From the NCBI GenBank assembly GCA_001783805.1, contig MFNS01000007.1, forward strand, positions 89,975-153,974: a DNA stretch of 64,000 nucleotides. The letters run 5' to 3'. Made by a program: the position numbers and the translations under genes. The notes beneath the pieces were generated by a model that saw only the letters and a list, made by a program, of their open reading frames with translations, was not told where the DNA came from and ran no database searches. Every line of letters begins with the position of its first letter. Position 1 is the first letter of the stretch. Source of the stretch: Candidatus Levybacteria bacterium RIFCSPHIGHO2_01_FULL_40_16. GTDB taxonomy: Bacteria; Patescibacteriota; Microgenomatia; Levybacterales; UBA12049. This document shows, piece by piece, positions 17,965 to 29,060 of this stretch.

Positions 17965-19764
17965 TTAGGATTTTCCCAAAAGATTAATTGTTGAGGATAG
18001 CTCTTTTTCCAAATCATTAACTTTCTTGAGATCTTCATCTTTTTCACCTTTTCTAAGATTGTCTGAAATCTCCTTGATCTTATTTTTTAAGAAAAGCGCT
18101 CTTAATTCCCTAGCAACTTTTTCCACTTCTTCTGCATGTTTTTTATCCTCCCCAAACGAAGGTATTGGAAATAAATATGCTTTATCGAATGTTGCTGTCA
18201 ACTCTTTGGGAAGAAGATTCAAAAAATACCGGCTATCAAACTTACTATTACTTTTGAAATAATCAGCCAACTCAGAAATTATCTTTTGGTAAGAGTCAAT
18301 TTCAAATTTATAATCTCTGAGAATTGCCAGGCTTCTTTCCAAAATCATTTTTGGATTATCATGCTGGACTAGGAGTGACATTAAATAATCTTCCAAAACC
18401 TCAATTCTTGACCTTTTATCTTTTTTACTAATAAAAACATCTTCTTTCACAACTTCTTTTTTCTCGATTTTTTCTGCTTCCTTTGCTAAGGCATCCAAAG
18501 AAACATCCAGCTCGCGGCCTAACTTCTTCAAATAATGTTCTTTGACTATCTCGTTGGAAATTCTTATAAAAATAGGCAGTAATTCCTGAGCAATTTTTCT
18601 TTTCCCATACACTCTGTCTTTCTCAAAAGCGGAAAATGTTTTTGTGATTAGATAGTCATAAACCGGAATATCTTTTTTTATAGCTTTCTTAAAAGCTGCC
18701 GGATCATTTTTGATTGCTTCATCTGCATCCTTAGCCTGATCAAAAATACAGGTTGTGATATTTATTCCTTTTTTCTCCAAAGAGGGCAGACTTCTTTTTG
18801 TCGCCTCGTATCCCGCATCATCTTTGTCAAAGCAAAGACAGATATTGTTTGTGAAACGGGCGATAAGCGCAACCTGATCATCGGTTAAGGCTGTTCCTTT
18901 TACGGCAACTGCATTTTTAACGCCAATGCTAAAACACGAAATAACATCCAGTTCTCCTTCAACGATAATCGCCTTGTCCAGTTTTTTAATTTCTTCTTTG
19001 GCCGTATTTAAGCCAAAAAACATACTGCCCTTGTGGTAAACAAGCGTATCTCTGGTGTTGATATATTTTCCGCCGCTGTACGGTTCTTCTATCGCACGGC
19101 CTGAAAATCCCGTAATGTTTCCTCTGTGATCAAAAAGGGGAAACATTACTCTATTCCTAAAAAAGTCAAGCACGCTTGCTTGTCCTGAGCTAGTCGAAGG
19201 ACCTCTTCCGTAAAATGCCAGCCCTGCCTCTACCAAGTCTTCTTTTTTATATTTTTTTTTATTGATTAAATAATTGGACAAATCAACGCCATCTTTTGGA
19301 GAAAATCCAATCATAAAAGTTTCGATTAGTCTTTCATCCAACTTTCTTTCTTTTTTTAAATAAGTAAGCGCTTTTTTACCGGCCTTATGGCTGGTTAGGA
19401 CATAATGATAAAATTCCATTGCCAGTTTATCTAACTTGTAAATTATTTCTTTTTTTGAAGAGAGTCCCTCTTGAAAGCCGGATTCACGAAGATGTATTCC
19501 GGTTTTCTTTGCCAAAATGCGGAGTGCTTCTATAAATTCCAAATGTTCATACTCCATTAAAAATGTATAAACATCCCCGCCCTTGCTACATCCCCCGAAG
19601 CAATGCCAGATTTGCCGCTCAGGAGAAACAATAAAAGACGGAGTTTTCTCGTTATGAAAGGGGCAAATCGCTTTGAAATTCCTTCCCATTTTTTTTAGAG
19701 GAATATATTCGGAGATAAAAGAAACCAAGTCTATTCTTTCCCTGATTTGCGTAACTTCATCCAT
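17965..19764 (-). CDS. dnaG: DNA primase DnaG
   Basis: N-terminal zinc ribbon [11 protein letters not shown]...CFGC and TOPRIM EGELD...DKDDAG. Contains a GC-rich in-frame insert ([17 protein letters not shown], about 19180-19230). Confidence 0.9.
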   Translation of the reverse strand: MDEVTQIRERIDLVSFISEYIPLKKMGRNFKAICPFHNEKTPSFIVSPERQIWHCFGGCSKGGDVYTFLMEYEHLEFIEALRILAKKTGIHLRESGFQEGLSSKKEIIYKLDKLAMEFYHYVLTSHKAGKKALTYLKKERKLDERLIETFMIGFSPKDGVDLSNYLINKKKYKKEDLVEAGLAFYGRGPSTSSGQASVLDFFRNRVMFPLFDHRGNITGFSGRAIEEPYSGGKYINTRDTLVYHKGSMFFGLNTAKEEIKKLDKAIIVEGELDVISCFSIGVKNAVAVKGTALTDDQVALIARFTNNICLCFDKDDAGYEATKRSLPSLEKKGINITTCIFDQAKDADEAIKNDPAAFKKAIKKDIPVYDYLITKTFSAFEKDRVYGKRKIAQELLPIFIRISNEIVKEHYLKKLGRELDVSLDALAKEAEKIEKKEVVKEDVFISKKDKRSRIEVLEDYLMSLLVQHDNPKMILERSLAILRDYKFEIDSYQKIISELADYFKSNSKFDSRYFLNLLPKELTATFDKAYLFPIPSFGEDKKHAEEVEKVARELRALFLKNKIKEISDNLRKGEKDEDLKKVNDLEKELSSTINLLGKS

Positions 19765-19813
19765 AGGCAGCTCTATTCTATCATCTTAGGGATTGCTTTT
19801 CCTATGCCTGTGA

Positions 19814-21109
<1,296 letters not shown>

Positions 21110-21111
21110 TT

Positions 21112-22443
21112 ATGCCAGCACCAATACGTTACGCAGAACAAATTCCTGATATTGTGAACATTTGGGAACCCGAGGGCTATTTTCGGGCACAAGCTAAAAT
21201 TTGGGAAGCGCAATGCGAGGCCAGACATGAATTATATGGCAAACCAACCGCAAGGCAATTAAAACTAATCAAATCTGCTTTAAAATTAACTTCAAAAGAT
21301 ATTGCCACTCTTAGTGAGGCCAAAGGACATGAGACAAAAAAATTGCTCCGGACAATACAAGGCCGTCTTTCTCCTGAAATAGGAAATTCCATCCACTTAG
21401 GAAATACTAGCGCTGACGTTCTCGATACGAGTCTTTCTTTACAGATAATTGAATCACTGAACATGCTAGGAAACGACTTTAATCAACTGGGAAAATCTCT
21501 AAGAAAACTTGCTCTTAGACATAAGGGAACATTGCAGATAGGAAGAACTCATGGACAACACGCAATACCCCAAACCTTTGGTCGTCAAGTTGTAAGTTGG
21601 TATGCAGAAGTAATACGTGGCATTGAAAGGATCAATCAGGCAAAAGGAGTAATTGCTGTTGGAAAATTATCCGGAGAAATTGGAACACATGTCTTCATTG
21701 ATCCACAACTGGAAAAACTGGCATTAACAAAGTTAGGTCTCAAACCGGACGAAGCACCAACTCAAATTATCAGTCGCGACAGACATGTTCAGGTTGTAGG
21801 ATTAATGGTAACTAATAGCAGCACGCTTGCTCGCATTGCCGAAAACATTAGACACCTAGCAATGACGGAAATTGGCGAAGTGCAGGAACCGTTTGAAGGA
21901 TTAACTCATCCAGGCTCAAGCGCAATGCCGCACAAAAGAAATCCTGAATTATCAGAACGCATTATTGGTTTAGACAGAATAATTCGAAGCAAAATAACCG
22001 AAGAATCAGAAGCAACCAGAACTTTATTCGAAAGGGATATTAGTCATTCTTCAACTGAACGCTATGTTTTTCCTGACGTATTCGAAAATCTTGCTTATGC
22101 CGTTCGACTAACTAATTTTATTATTGATAATCTGGAAGTATTCCCCGGAAAGATGCGCAAAAATTTGGAGATTACTCATGGATCAATTTACAGCTCACAC
22201 TTACTAAATGCGCTTATCGACTCGGGAAAATATTCAAGAACTCAATCTTATGATATGGTAAGAAAACTCGCCCAACAAGCAATTGATCAAGAAATAAATC
22301 TCAAAACATTAGCTTCAAATGAACCACAAATTATAAAAGTATTGAAGAAAAAAGAAATTGACGAGCTTTTCAATCCCGAATTTTATCTTAAAAATATTGA
22401 TGTTGCTTTCAAAAGAACAGGTTTAATTTTTTCTAAAAGATGA
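21112..22443 (+). CDS. purB: Adenylosuccinate lyase
   Basis: Fumarase/ASL family signature GSSAMPHKRNP. Operon position after purA. Confidence 0.9.
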   Translation: MPAPIRYAEQIPDIVNIWEPEGYFRAQAKIWEAQCEARHELYGKPTARQLKLIKSALKLTSKDIATLSEAKGHETKKLLRTIQGRLSPEIGNSIHLGNTSADVLDTSLSLQIIESLNMLGNDFNQLGKSLRKLALRHKGTLQIGRTHGQHAIPQTFGRQVVSWYAEVIRGIERINQAKGVIAVGKLSGEIGTHVFIDPQLEKLALTKLGLKPDEAPTQIISRDRHVQVVGLMVTNSSTLARIAENIRHLAMTEIGEVQEPFEGLTHPGSSAMPHKRNPELSERIIGLDRIIRSKITEESEATRTLFERDISHSSTERYVFPDVFENLAYAVRLTNFIIDNLEVFPGKMRKNLEITHGSIYSSHLLNALIDSGKYSRTQSYDMVRKLAQQAIDQEINLKTLASNEPQIIKVLKKKEIDELFNPEFYLKNIDVAFKRTGLIFSKR

Positions 22444-22949
22444 AGAAAATATTAGTAGGAATTTTACTTGGTTCTGATTCGGACTTACCTGTAATGTCCA
22501 AAGCTTGTGAAGTTCTGGAAGAGTTTAAGGTTCCCTATAAAATTACAGTTTCTTCAGCGCACAGATCTCCGGAATTAACTGTTAAAAATATCGAAAATTT
22601 TAAAAAAATCGGCGTTAAGGTAATTATTGCCGGAGCAGGGCTGGCAGCGCATCTAGCCGGAGTTGTTGCCGCCCACTTTCCTCTTCCTGTTATCGGTGTT
22701 CCTTTAAGGGGTGGAGCGTTAAATGGAATTGACTCTTTATATTCAACTGTCCAGATGCCTCCCGGAATTCCGGTGGCAACTGTAGGAATTGACAATGCCA
22801 AAAATGCGGGACTTTTGGCTATTCAAATTCTGGCAACATCCAATAAATTACTTGAGAAAAAATTATTAGAATATAAAAAGGAATTGGCACTTGGCGTTTT
22901 AAAAAAAGCGGAAAAACTGGAAAAAGTAGGCTGGAAAAAATATTCATGA
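22440..22949 (+). CDS. purE: N5-CAIR mutase / AIR carboxylase catalytic subunit PurE
   Basis: GSDSDLPVM...AGLAAHLAGVVAA typical PurE motifs. 169 aa. Confidence 0.9.
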   Translation: MKKILVGILLGSDSDLPVMSKACEVLEEFKVPYKITVSSAHRSPELTVKNIENFKKIGVKVIIAGAGLAAHLAGVVAAHFPLPVIGVPLRGGALNGIDSLYSTVQMPPGIPVATVGIDNAKNAGLLAIQILATSNKLLEKKLLEYKKELALGVLKKAEKLEKVGWKKYS

Positions 22950-23878
22950 AGATTTTAAAAACTGTTGACTTGAAGGGATTTGGCAAAAAATATCAGGGAA
23001 AAGTCAGAGATTATTATATTCAAAAGAATAATCGGATAATCATTACCACTGACCGCCAGTCCGCATTTGACAAAATTTTGGGATTTATTCCTCACAAAGG
23101 ACAGGTTCTTACCCAATTGAGTCAATTTTGGTTTGACAAAACCCGGGATATTATTCAAAACCACTTAATTTCCATTCCCGATCCGAATGTAATGATTGTC
23201 AAAAATTGCAAAGTTATTCCAATTGAAATGGTAGTTCGGGGCTATATCAGCGGTTCTACATCTACATCTGCCTGGACTGCTTACGCAAAAGGGGACAGGA
23301 TAATTTACGGCATAAAATTTCCGGAAGGTTTGGAAAAAAATCAGAAATTAAAAACTCCAATTATTACCCCCACTACAAAGGCCGAAAGGGGGCATGATGA
23401 AAAATTAACAGAGAAAGAAATTCTCCAAAGAAAAATCGTAACAAAAAAAATATATTCTCAAATGAAGAAAGCTGCTTTGCAGCTATTTGAAAGAGGAACA
23501 AAAATTTGCGCCAAAGCCGGAATTATTCTAGTTGACACAAAGTACGAATTTGGCCTGGACGAAAAAGGGGAATTAATGCTGATCGACGAAATTCACACGC
23601 CGGATTCTTCTCGTTTTTGGATTAAAAAGACTTATAAAAAACGTTTTCAAAAAGGACAGGAACCGGAAAATTTCGACAAAGAATTTTTAAGACTTTGGTT
23701 TAAAGAAAAAGGTTATTCCGGAGAAGGAAAACCTCCCAAAATGCCGGAAGGATTTATTGCAAAAGTAAGTAAAAGGTATATCTCTATTTACGAAAAATTA
23801 ACCGGAAAGAGATTCAAAGCGGATTTATCCAACAATCCTTCCAAGAGGATTCAGCAAAATTTATCGACCTATCGCTGA
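22946..23878 (+). CDS. purC: SAICAR synthetase (long, ~300-aa form)
   Basis: GKVRD.Y...ITTDRQSAFD and LVDTKYEFG motifs of PurC. Confidence 0.85.
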   Translation: MKILKTVDLKGFGKKYQGKVRDYYIQKNNRIIITTDRQSAFDKILGFIPHKGQVLTQLSQFWFDKTRDIIQNHLISIPDPNVMIVKNCKVIPIEMVVRGYISGSTSTSAWTAYAKGDRIIYGIKFPEGLEKNQKLKTPIITPTTKAERGHDEKLTEKEILQRKIVTKKIYSQMKKAALQLFERGTKICAKAGIILVDTKYEFGLDEKGELMLIDEIHTPDSSRFWIKKTYKKRFQKGQEPENFDKEFLRLWFKEKGYSGEGKPPKMPEGFIAKVSKRYISIYEKLTGKRFKADLSNNPSKRIQQNLSTYR

Positions 23879-24280
23879 CCCAAATCTCTCTCTTCGTTTT
23901 TCCAGCGCAGCCCTAGCTGCTTTTCTAATCCCCCCTGTGGGTTTTTGTAAACTATCTATTACAGGCAACTCGTCTCTAGTTAATTTAGAAAAATTCACCA
24001 ATTCGCCCTTCTCAGCAGCTCTGGCAAAGATAACGCCTCTGGGGCTAATATTAACCCCTAAATTATTAAGTGCGACCTCCTTAGTTACAATCATTCCTTC
24101 ATCTGTTTTAACCGATTGCCTCAACAGCGTTTGCTCCGTATAATCATCTTCTACCACGGTTATTCTTGAAGCGGGACCATAATTCTTGGTAAGGATCCCT
24201 TTTTTGGGCATCAACCCGATAGCTTTAGCAATTTCTGGCAAACTTTTATTGGAAAATAAAAAAGTTGTTTCTGACGACAT
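23861..24280 (-). CDS. Hypothetical protein (139 aa)
   Basis: Clean ORF convergent with purC. No motif recognised. Confidence 0.4.
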   Translation of the reverse strand: MSSETTFLFSNKSLPEIAKAIGLMPKKGILTKNYGPASRITVVEDDYTEQTLLRQSVKTDEGMIVTKEVALNNLGVNISPRGVIFARAAEKGELVNFSKLTRDELPVIDSLQKPTGGIRKAARAALEKRRERFGSAIGR

Positions 24281-24349
24281 ATTTTTTCTTTTTACAAAAC
24301 TAGGAGCAGTATATTATAGCATTATTTCGTTGTCAATGACTATTAAAAC

Positions 24350-25912
24350 TTATTCCCATTCCATTGTTGCGGGGGGTTTGGTCGTAATGTCATAAACAAC
24401 TCTGGAAACACCCGGAATTTCATTCACAATTCTTGAGGAAATTTTTTGTAAAATTTCGTAGGGGAGTCGCGCCCAACTGGAGGTCATAATATCCTTGGAC
24501 TCAACCACCCTAAGCGCTACAACTTCTCCAAATTGCCTGCCGTCTCCTTTCACGGAAGTCGAATATGCATTTGTCATTACCGGAAAAGATAAAAAAATAT
24601 TCGGCAAAATCCCAGCTTTTTCAAGTTCCGACAAAACAATACTGTCTGCTTTTTTTTCCATCTTCAATCTTTCTTTAGTGACCTCTCCTCTAATTCTCAC
24701 TGCATATCCCGGTCCGGGAAAAGGCTGTTTGTTAACAAACTCTTCGGGTAACCCTAATTTTCTGCCGAGCATCCTTACCTCATCTTTATAGTAATTTCTC
24801 ACTGGCTCCAATAACTTTAATTTCATTTTTTTGGGAAGTCCGCCAACGTTATGATGGCTTTTTATCTTAGCCGAATATTTTGTGCCCTGACTTTCAATAA
24901 CATCCGAATAAATTGTACCCTGCAACAAATACTTTACCGATAGTTTTTGGGCTTTTAATTTTTTCATTTCGCGCTCAAAAATTTCTATATAAAAATTGCC
25001 GATAACCTTTCTTTTTCGCTCGCTATCTGTAATTTTTTTGAGTCGCAGTAAAGTCTCCCCTACCGCATTTATTACTACAGGCTTTATACCAATTTTCTTG
25101 AATATTCTAATTACATGTTTTTTCGTCCCTTCTCTCATCAACCCATTTTCAACATAAATTGGGATGAATCTCTTCCCTATTGCCTTGGCGGTTAAGGCCG
25201 CAGCCACAGTTGAGTCAACTCCGCCCGATACCGCTCCAATTACATAATCTTTCCCCCCAACTATTTTCTTAATTCTTAATTCTAAATTCTTAATTCCTAA
25301 TTCTACTTTATTTTCTGGAATAACTTTTAAGCCACATATTTCTATAAAGTTTCTTAAAATTTGACTGCCGAACTCCGTGTGCTCTACTTCCGGATGAAAC
25401 TGCAGTCCATATATTTTTCTATTTTTATTTTCAACAAACGCAAAAGGAACTCCCCCTGATGAGCCGATTATCCTAAATCCCTTTGGTAGCTTAATCACTT
25501 CATCGCCATGCGACATCCAGACAACGAAAGATTTTGGCAAACCTTTTGCAATTTTGACTTTTGATTCTCCATTGGAGAATTGAATTTTGAGTTTGGTTGG
25601 TCCGTATTCTTTCTTGCCAGAAATAACTTTACCGCCCAATAAATGCGCTGTTAATTGCAGTCCGTAACAAATTCCCAAAATTGGAATATTTAACGAGAAA
25701 ATTTTTTTATTAACAATGGGCGCATTTTTTTCATAAACCGATGCCGGCCCTCCGGAAAAAATAATCCCTTCAGGTTTGTCATTCTGAATTTGTTTCAGAA
25801 TCTCCTCCGGATGAACAATTTTTATATCGCATCCTAATTCTTTTATTCTTCTTGCAATGAGGTGTGTTGTCTGAGACCCGAAATCAACAATTATAATCAT
25901 AGTCCTTGTCAT
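24350..25912 (-). CDS. guaA: GMP synthase (glutamine-hydrolysing)
   Basis: GATase GLQFHPEV, ATP-PPase SGGVDS, and the C-terminal dimerisation motif ending TMEWE. Confidence 0.95.
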   Translation of the reverse strand: MTRTMIIIVDFGSQTTHLIARRIKELGCDIKIVHPEEILKQIQNDKPEGIIFSGGPASVYEKNAPIVNKKIFSLNIPILGICYGLQLTAHLLGGKVISGKKEYGPTKLKIQFSNGESKVKIAKGLPKSFVVWMSHGDEVIKLPKGFRIIGSSGGVPFAFVENKNRKIYGLQFHPEVEHTEFGSQILRNFIEICGLKVIPENKVELGIKNLELRIKKIVGGKDYVIGAVSGGVDSTVAAALTAKAIGKRFIPIYVENGLMREGTKKHVIRIFKKIGIKPVVINAVGETLLRLKKITDSERKRKVIGNFYIEIFEREMKKLKAQKLSVKYLLQGTIYSDVIESQGTKYSAKIKSHHNVGGLPKKMKLKLLEPVRNYYKDEVRMLGRKLGLPEEFVNKQPFPGPGYAVRIRGEVTKERLKMEKKADSIVLSELEKAGILPNIFLSFPVMTNAYSTSVKGDGRQFGEVVALRVVESKDIMTSSWARLPYEILQKISSRIVNEIPGVSRVVYDITTKPPATMEWE

Positions 25913-26004
25913 GCTGAATTTATTTCAGCATCTCATCACGTCGTTAACAACCTGCCTGCTGGCAGGAGATCCCGAAACAAGTTCGGGATGACACCGATAT
26001 GAAA

Positions 26005-27150
26005 TCATGTATAGTTTTTGCCGGGATTGGTAACGAAGATATCGTGAGGATGACTTTCAGTTAGTGATGCTTGCGTAATCTGAATAAAGCGGGTTTTCTT
26101 CCAGAGTTCAAGCAGATTTTTTGCTCCAATATAGTACATGCCGGATTTTATTCCACCGACTGCCTGATTGACCAGCTCTTCAACCGTACCCTTTACCGGC
26201 ACTAATCCTTCTACTCCTTCCGCTACCAAAACTCTATCTTTATAATTTTTTCCATGAAATTCGTCTTCCGATTTAATTTGGGCTCCCTTTTTCATTGCGC
26301 CTTCCGACCCCATTCCCCTGTATTCTTTGAATTGATAATATTTTTTCCTATTAGAAATTCTGTGAAACCGAGAAGGAAGTTCATTCTGTTTTAAAGTTAT
26401 GAGTTTCCCCGGAGCTTCAAGAGTTTGAGCAAAAAATCCTCCCATCATCACAGTTGATGCTCCCGCGGCCAAAGCTTTTACCATGTCTCCTGAATATTTT
26501 ATTCCCCCATCGGCAATAATCGGTACTCCAAATTTTTTGGCAACCTTAAATGTCTCCATGATCGCTGTTATTTGCGGAACACCCATACCGGAGATAATTC
26601 TGGTTGTACAAATTGCTCCCGGTCCCATTCCCACCCGTAATCCATCTGCTCCTGCGGCAATTAAAGCTTTTGCTCCATCATGGGTTGCAATATTTCCGCC
26701 AATTACATCTATATTTTTATAATTTTTCTTAATAAATTTTATTGTTTCGATTACTCTCTTGGAATAACCATGCGCGGAATCAACCACTACTACATCTACT
26801 CCAACTTTTACTAAGGCTTTTATCCTCGCTTCGAATCCACTGGATGCTCCAATTGCCGCGCCAACTAATAAATTTTTATTTTTGACTTTTTTAACTTCCA
26901 GTGCTTGATTTTTTATAGACAAATTTCGGTGAATAATTCCAATCCCCCCCAATTTTGCCAGCTCAATGGCAAGCTTATTCTCTGTCACTGTATCCATCGG
27001 AGCTGAAACCAAAGGAATGGAAATTTTTATTCTTTTGGAAAATTTAGTAGATAAATTTATATCCTTACGGGAAAAATCGCTGTATCCCGGGATAAGAAGA
27101 ATATCATCAAAAGTGAGGCCAAATTGAAAAGAAGGATTTCGTGGCTCCAT
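26005..27150 (-). CDS. guaB: IMP dehydrogenase lacking the CBS pair (381 aa); GMP reductase not excluded
   Basis: GGIGIIHRN, catalytic loop GMGPGAICTTR, EGVEGLVPVKG. No CBS insert. Adjacent to guaA. Confidence 0.75.
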   Translation of the reverse strand: MEPRNPSFQFGLTFDDILLIPGYSDFSRKDINLSTKFSKRIKISIPLVSAPMDTVTENKLAIELAKLGGIGIIHRNLSIKNQALEVKKVKNKNLLVGAAIGASSGFEARIKALVKVGVDVVVVDSAHGYSKRVIETIKFIKKNYKNIDVIGGNIATHDGAKALIAAGADGLRVGMGPGAICTTRIISGMGVPQITAIMETFKVAKKFGVPIIADGGIKYSGDMVKALAAGASTVMMGGFFAQTLEAPGKLITLKQNELPSRFHRISNRKKYYQFKEYRGMGSEGAMKKGAQIKSEDEFHGKNYKDRVLVAEGVEGLVPVKGTVEELVNQAVGGIKSGMYYIGAKNLLELWKKTRFIQITQASLTESHPHDIFVTNPGKNYT

Positions 27151-27202
27151 AATTAACTCTACACCGTTTCGGTCTGTTTGTCAAGCAAAAGAGGGGCATT
27201 TT

Positions 27203-27808
27203 TTACTTTCTTGGTCTCCCCACATTCTCAAAAGCACTATTAAAATCCCTGTAAAATAAATATCCTTTTTCTGGTGGAATAAGCCATTTTCTCCTACGCT
27301 TTCTTTTCGGAGCAATTTCAACAATTTCCATCTCTTCCCATTCATTTGGAACAACCGGCAGAATTAATTCTTGAGGAATATTCTTAATTACTATGACAGT
27401 TGCTGTCTTCCTTTTTAATTTTATTGCGAGAAGCATTCTATGCAATCCATCTATGACAACATTCTGTGTTTTACCATTTGAATTCTTAACACATTCTACT
27501 ATCGGAGGAATAAAGGTATATTTTTTATCATTAGACTCATACACGCAATAACCATTCATGTGAAAAATGTCTTCCCTATATTCTTTTTTAAAAATACTAT
27601 GCAAATCTTTGACGAGCTGATTAGATGATTTTAATTGATAAAGCTGAAGAGGAACTAGGTCTTTTATTTTTACTTCCTTTAATTCTATTAAGGTTTTTTT
27701 GTATACAAACACTCGCTTTCCTATTTTTTCGGAATTTAGCAGAATTACTTTTCGCAAATTCTTAATAAGCTCTTTTTTAGCATGTTTCTTATACTTTAAT
27801 ATTTTCAT
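27203..27808 (-). CDS. Hypothetical protein with a ParB/sulfiredoxin-like nuclease-fold motif (VVIDGLHRMLLAIKL)
   Basis: DGxHR-type motif preceded by a hydrophobic beta-strand region. Divergent from the kinase/nucleotidase pair. Confidence 0.4.
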   Translation of the reverse strand: MKILKYKKHAKKELIKNLRKVILLNSEKIGKRVFVYKKTLIELKEVKIKDLVPLQLYQLKSSNQLVKDLHSIFKKEYREDIFHMNGYCVYESNDKKYTFIPPIVECVKNSNGKTQNVVIDGLHRMLLAIKLKRKTATVIVIKNIPQELILPVVPNEWEEMEIVEIAPKRKRRRKWLIPPEKGYLFYRDFNSAFENVGRPRK

Positions 27809-27850
27809 ACAGGCAATTATATCAATTTATATTATAATAAGCTTAATTAA

Positions 27851-28510
27851 ATGACAAATAAGGGATTATTTATTGTTATCGATGGCCCAAGTGCCAGCGG
27901 AAAAGATAGTATTATCAAGCAAGTTCTTAAAGATTTAAGTGAATTGGGGGTAAAAGCCTTATCCATAGAAGAGACTAAAGAGAAGAATTATAATCGAAAA
28001 AAAATCCTGAAAGAAAAAAATAAAGGGAATCAAGAAGTCGCAAGAGCGATAATTGATGAAAGAAAAAAACTTTATCAGGCAAAAGTTATCCCCCAATTAG
28101 AATCTGGAACTTTGGTAATCGCAAATCGCGGAGAACCATCAACATTAATTTATCAGACTTTTGAAAATCAAATAACCATGGAGGAAATCTGGAATATGCA
28201 TAGAAACGAAACTATGCTCATTCCCGATTTGATAGTTATTGTTAATTGTAGTGTTGGTGAAGCGTTGCGAAGGGAGAGTTCAATGAAAATTTCAGATGAG
28301 AACAAAGATGAAAATTCTATGAGCGGCAAATTCACTAAGGATTTTGAAAGAAGAAAACAAATACATGCAAAGTTCGAAAAGGTGAGGAATTTCCTTGAAA
28401 GAAAAAAACTTCTTGTAATTTACCTTAGAACTGACATTATGGATATACAGGAAGAGAGCCAAAAGGTTGTAAATTTCATTAAAAATAAGCTAAACTACGT
28501 ACGTGAATAA
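27851..28510 (+). CDS. Thymidylate kinase-like (d)NMP kinase
   Basis: P-loop FIVIDGPSASGKDS. NRGEPS (DRY-like) and PDLIVIV.C lid/LID-region pattern as in Tmk. Confidence 0.55.
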   Translation: MTNKGLFIVIDGPSASGKDSIIKQVLKDLSELGVKALSIEETKEKNYNRKKILKEKNKGNQEVARAIIDERKKLYQAKVIPQLESGTLVIANRGEPSTLIYQTFENQITMEEIWNMHRNETMLIPDLIVIVNCSVGEALRRESSMKISDENKDENSMSGKFTKDFERRKQIHAKFEKVRNFLERKKLLVIYLRTDIMDIQEESQKVVNFIKNKLNYVRE

Positions 28511-29048
28511 AAAGATAATTTTAGTTGATATGGACGGCGTGCTGGCTGATTTCGAAACGAGATTCCTCGAGGAGTGGAAAAGGAAATTTCCTAATCATCC
28601 GAAGGTGCCCCTTGAAGAAAGGAAAACATTCTACTTAGCAGAAAGTTATCCCGGCGGACTGAAAAAGGAAATAGAAATCATTCTTTCTGCTCCCGGATTT
28701 TATGAAAATTTAGAGGCAATTTCCGGAGGAAAGGAAGCATTGGCTAAGATGCAAAAACTTGGGCATGACGTCTTTATTTGCACGAGTCCTATTTCAAAAT
28801 ATGAAAACTGTGTTCTTGAGAAATATCGCTGGGCAGAAAAAAACTTAGGTTTCGAGTGGACGAAAAAGATAATTATGACAAAGGATAAAGCTCTTGTTTT
28901 CGGAGATATACTTATTGATGATAAACCGGAACACAAAGGCGCAAGAAAACCCGCCTGGAAACATGTGCTTTTTGAGGCACCATACAATAAGCATGTAAAA
29001 GATAAACTCAGGATTACGTGGAGCAACTGGGAAAGAATATTAGAATAA
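28503..29048 (+). CDS. 5'(3')-deoxyribonucleotidase (HAD superfamily, NT5C-like)
   Basis: ILVDMDGVLADF HAD motif I and NT5C-family length/pattern. 8-nt overlap with the upstream kinase gene. Confidence 0.7.
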   Translation: MNKKIILVDMDGVLADFETRFLEEWKRKFPNHPKVPLEERKTFYLAESYPGGLKKEIEIILSAPGFYENLEAISGGKEALAKMQKLGHDVFICTSPISKYENCVLEKYRWAEKNLGFEWTKKIIMTKDKALVFGDILIDDKPEHKGARKPAWKHVLFEAPYNKHVKDKLRITWSNWERILE

Positions 29049-29060
29049 ATAATTCGTGAA

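Noticed and set aside
27203-29048. Prophage fragment hypothesis for the ParB-like / dNMP kinase / 5'-deoxynucleotidase cluster.
   Set aside because: No integrase, capsid, terminase or att-like repeats nearby. The flanking genes (guaB, ftsH) are core chromosomal, so only a functional-module hypothesis is retained.
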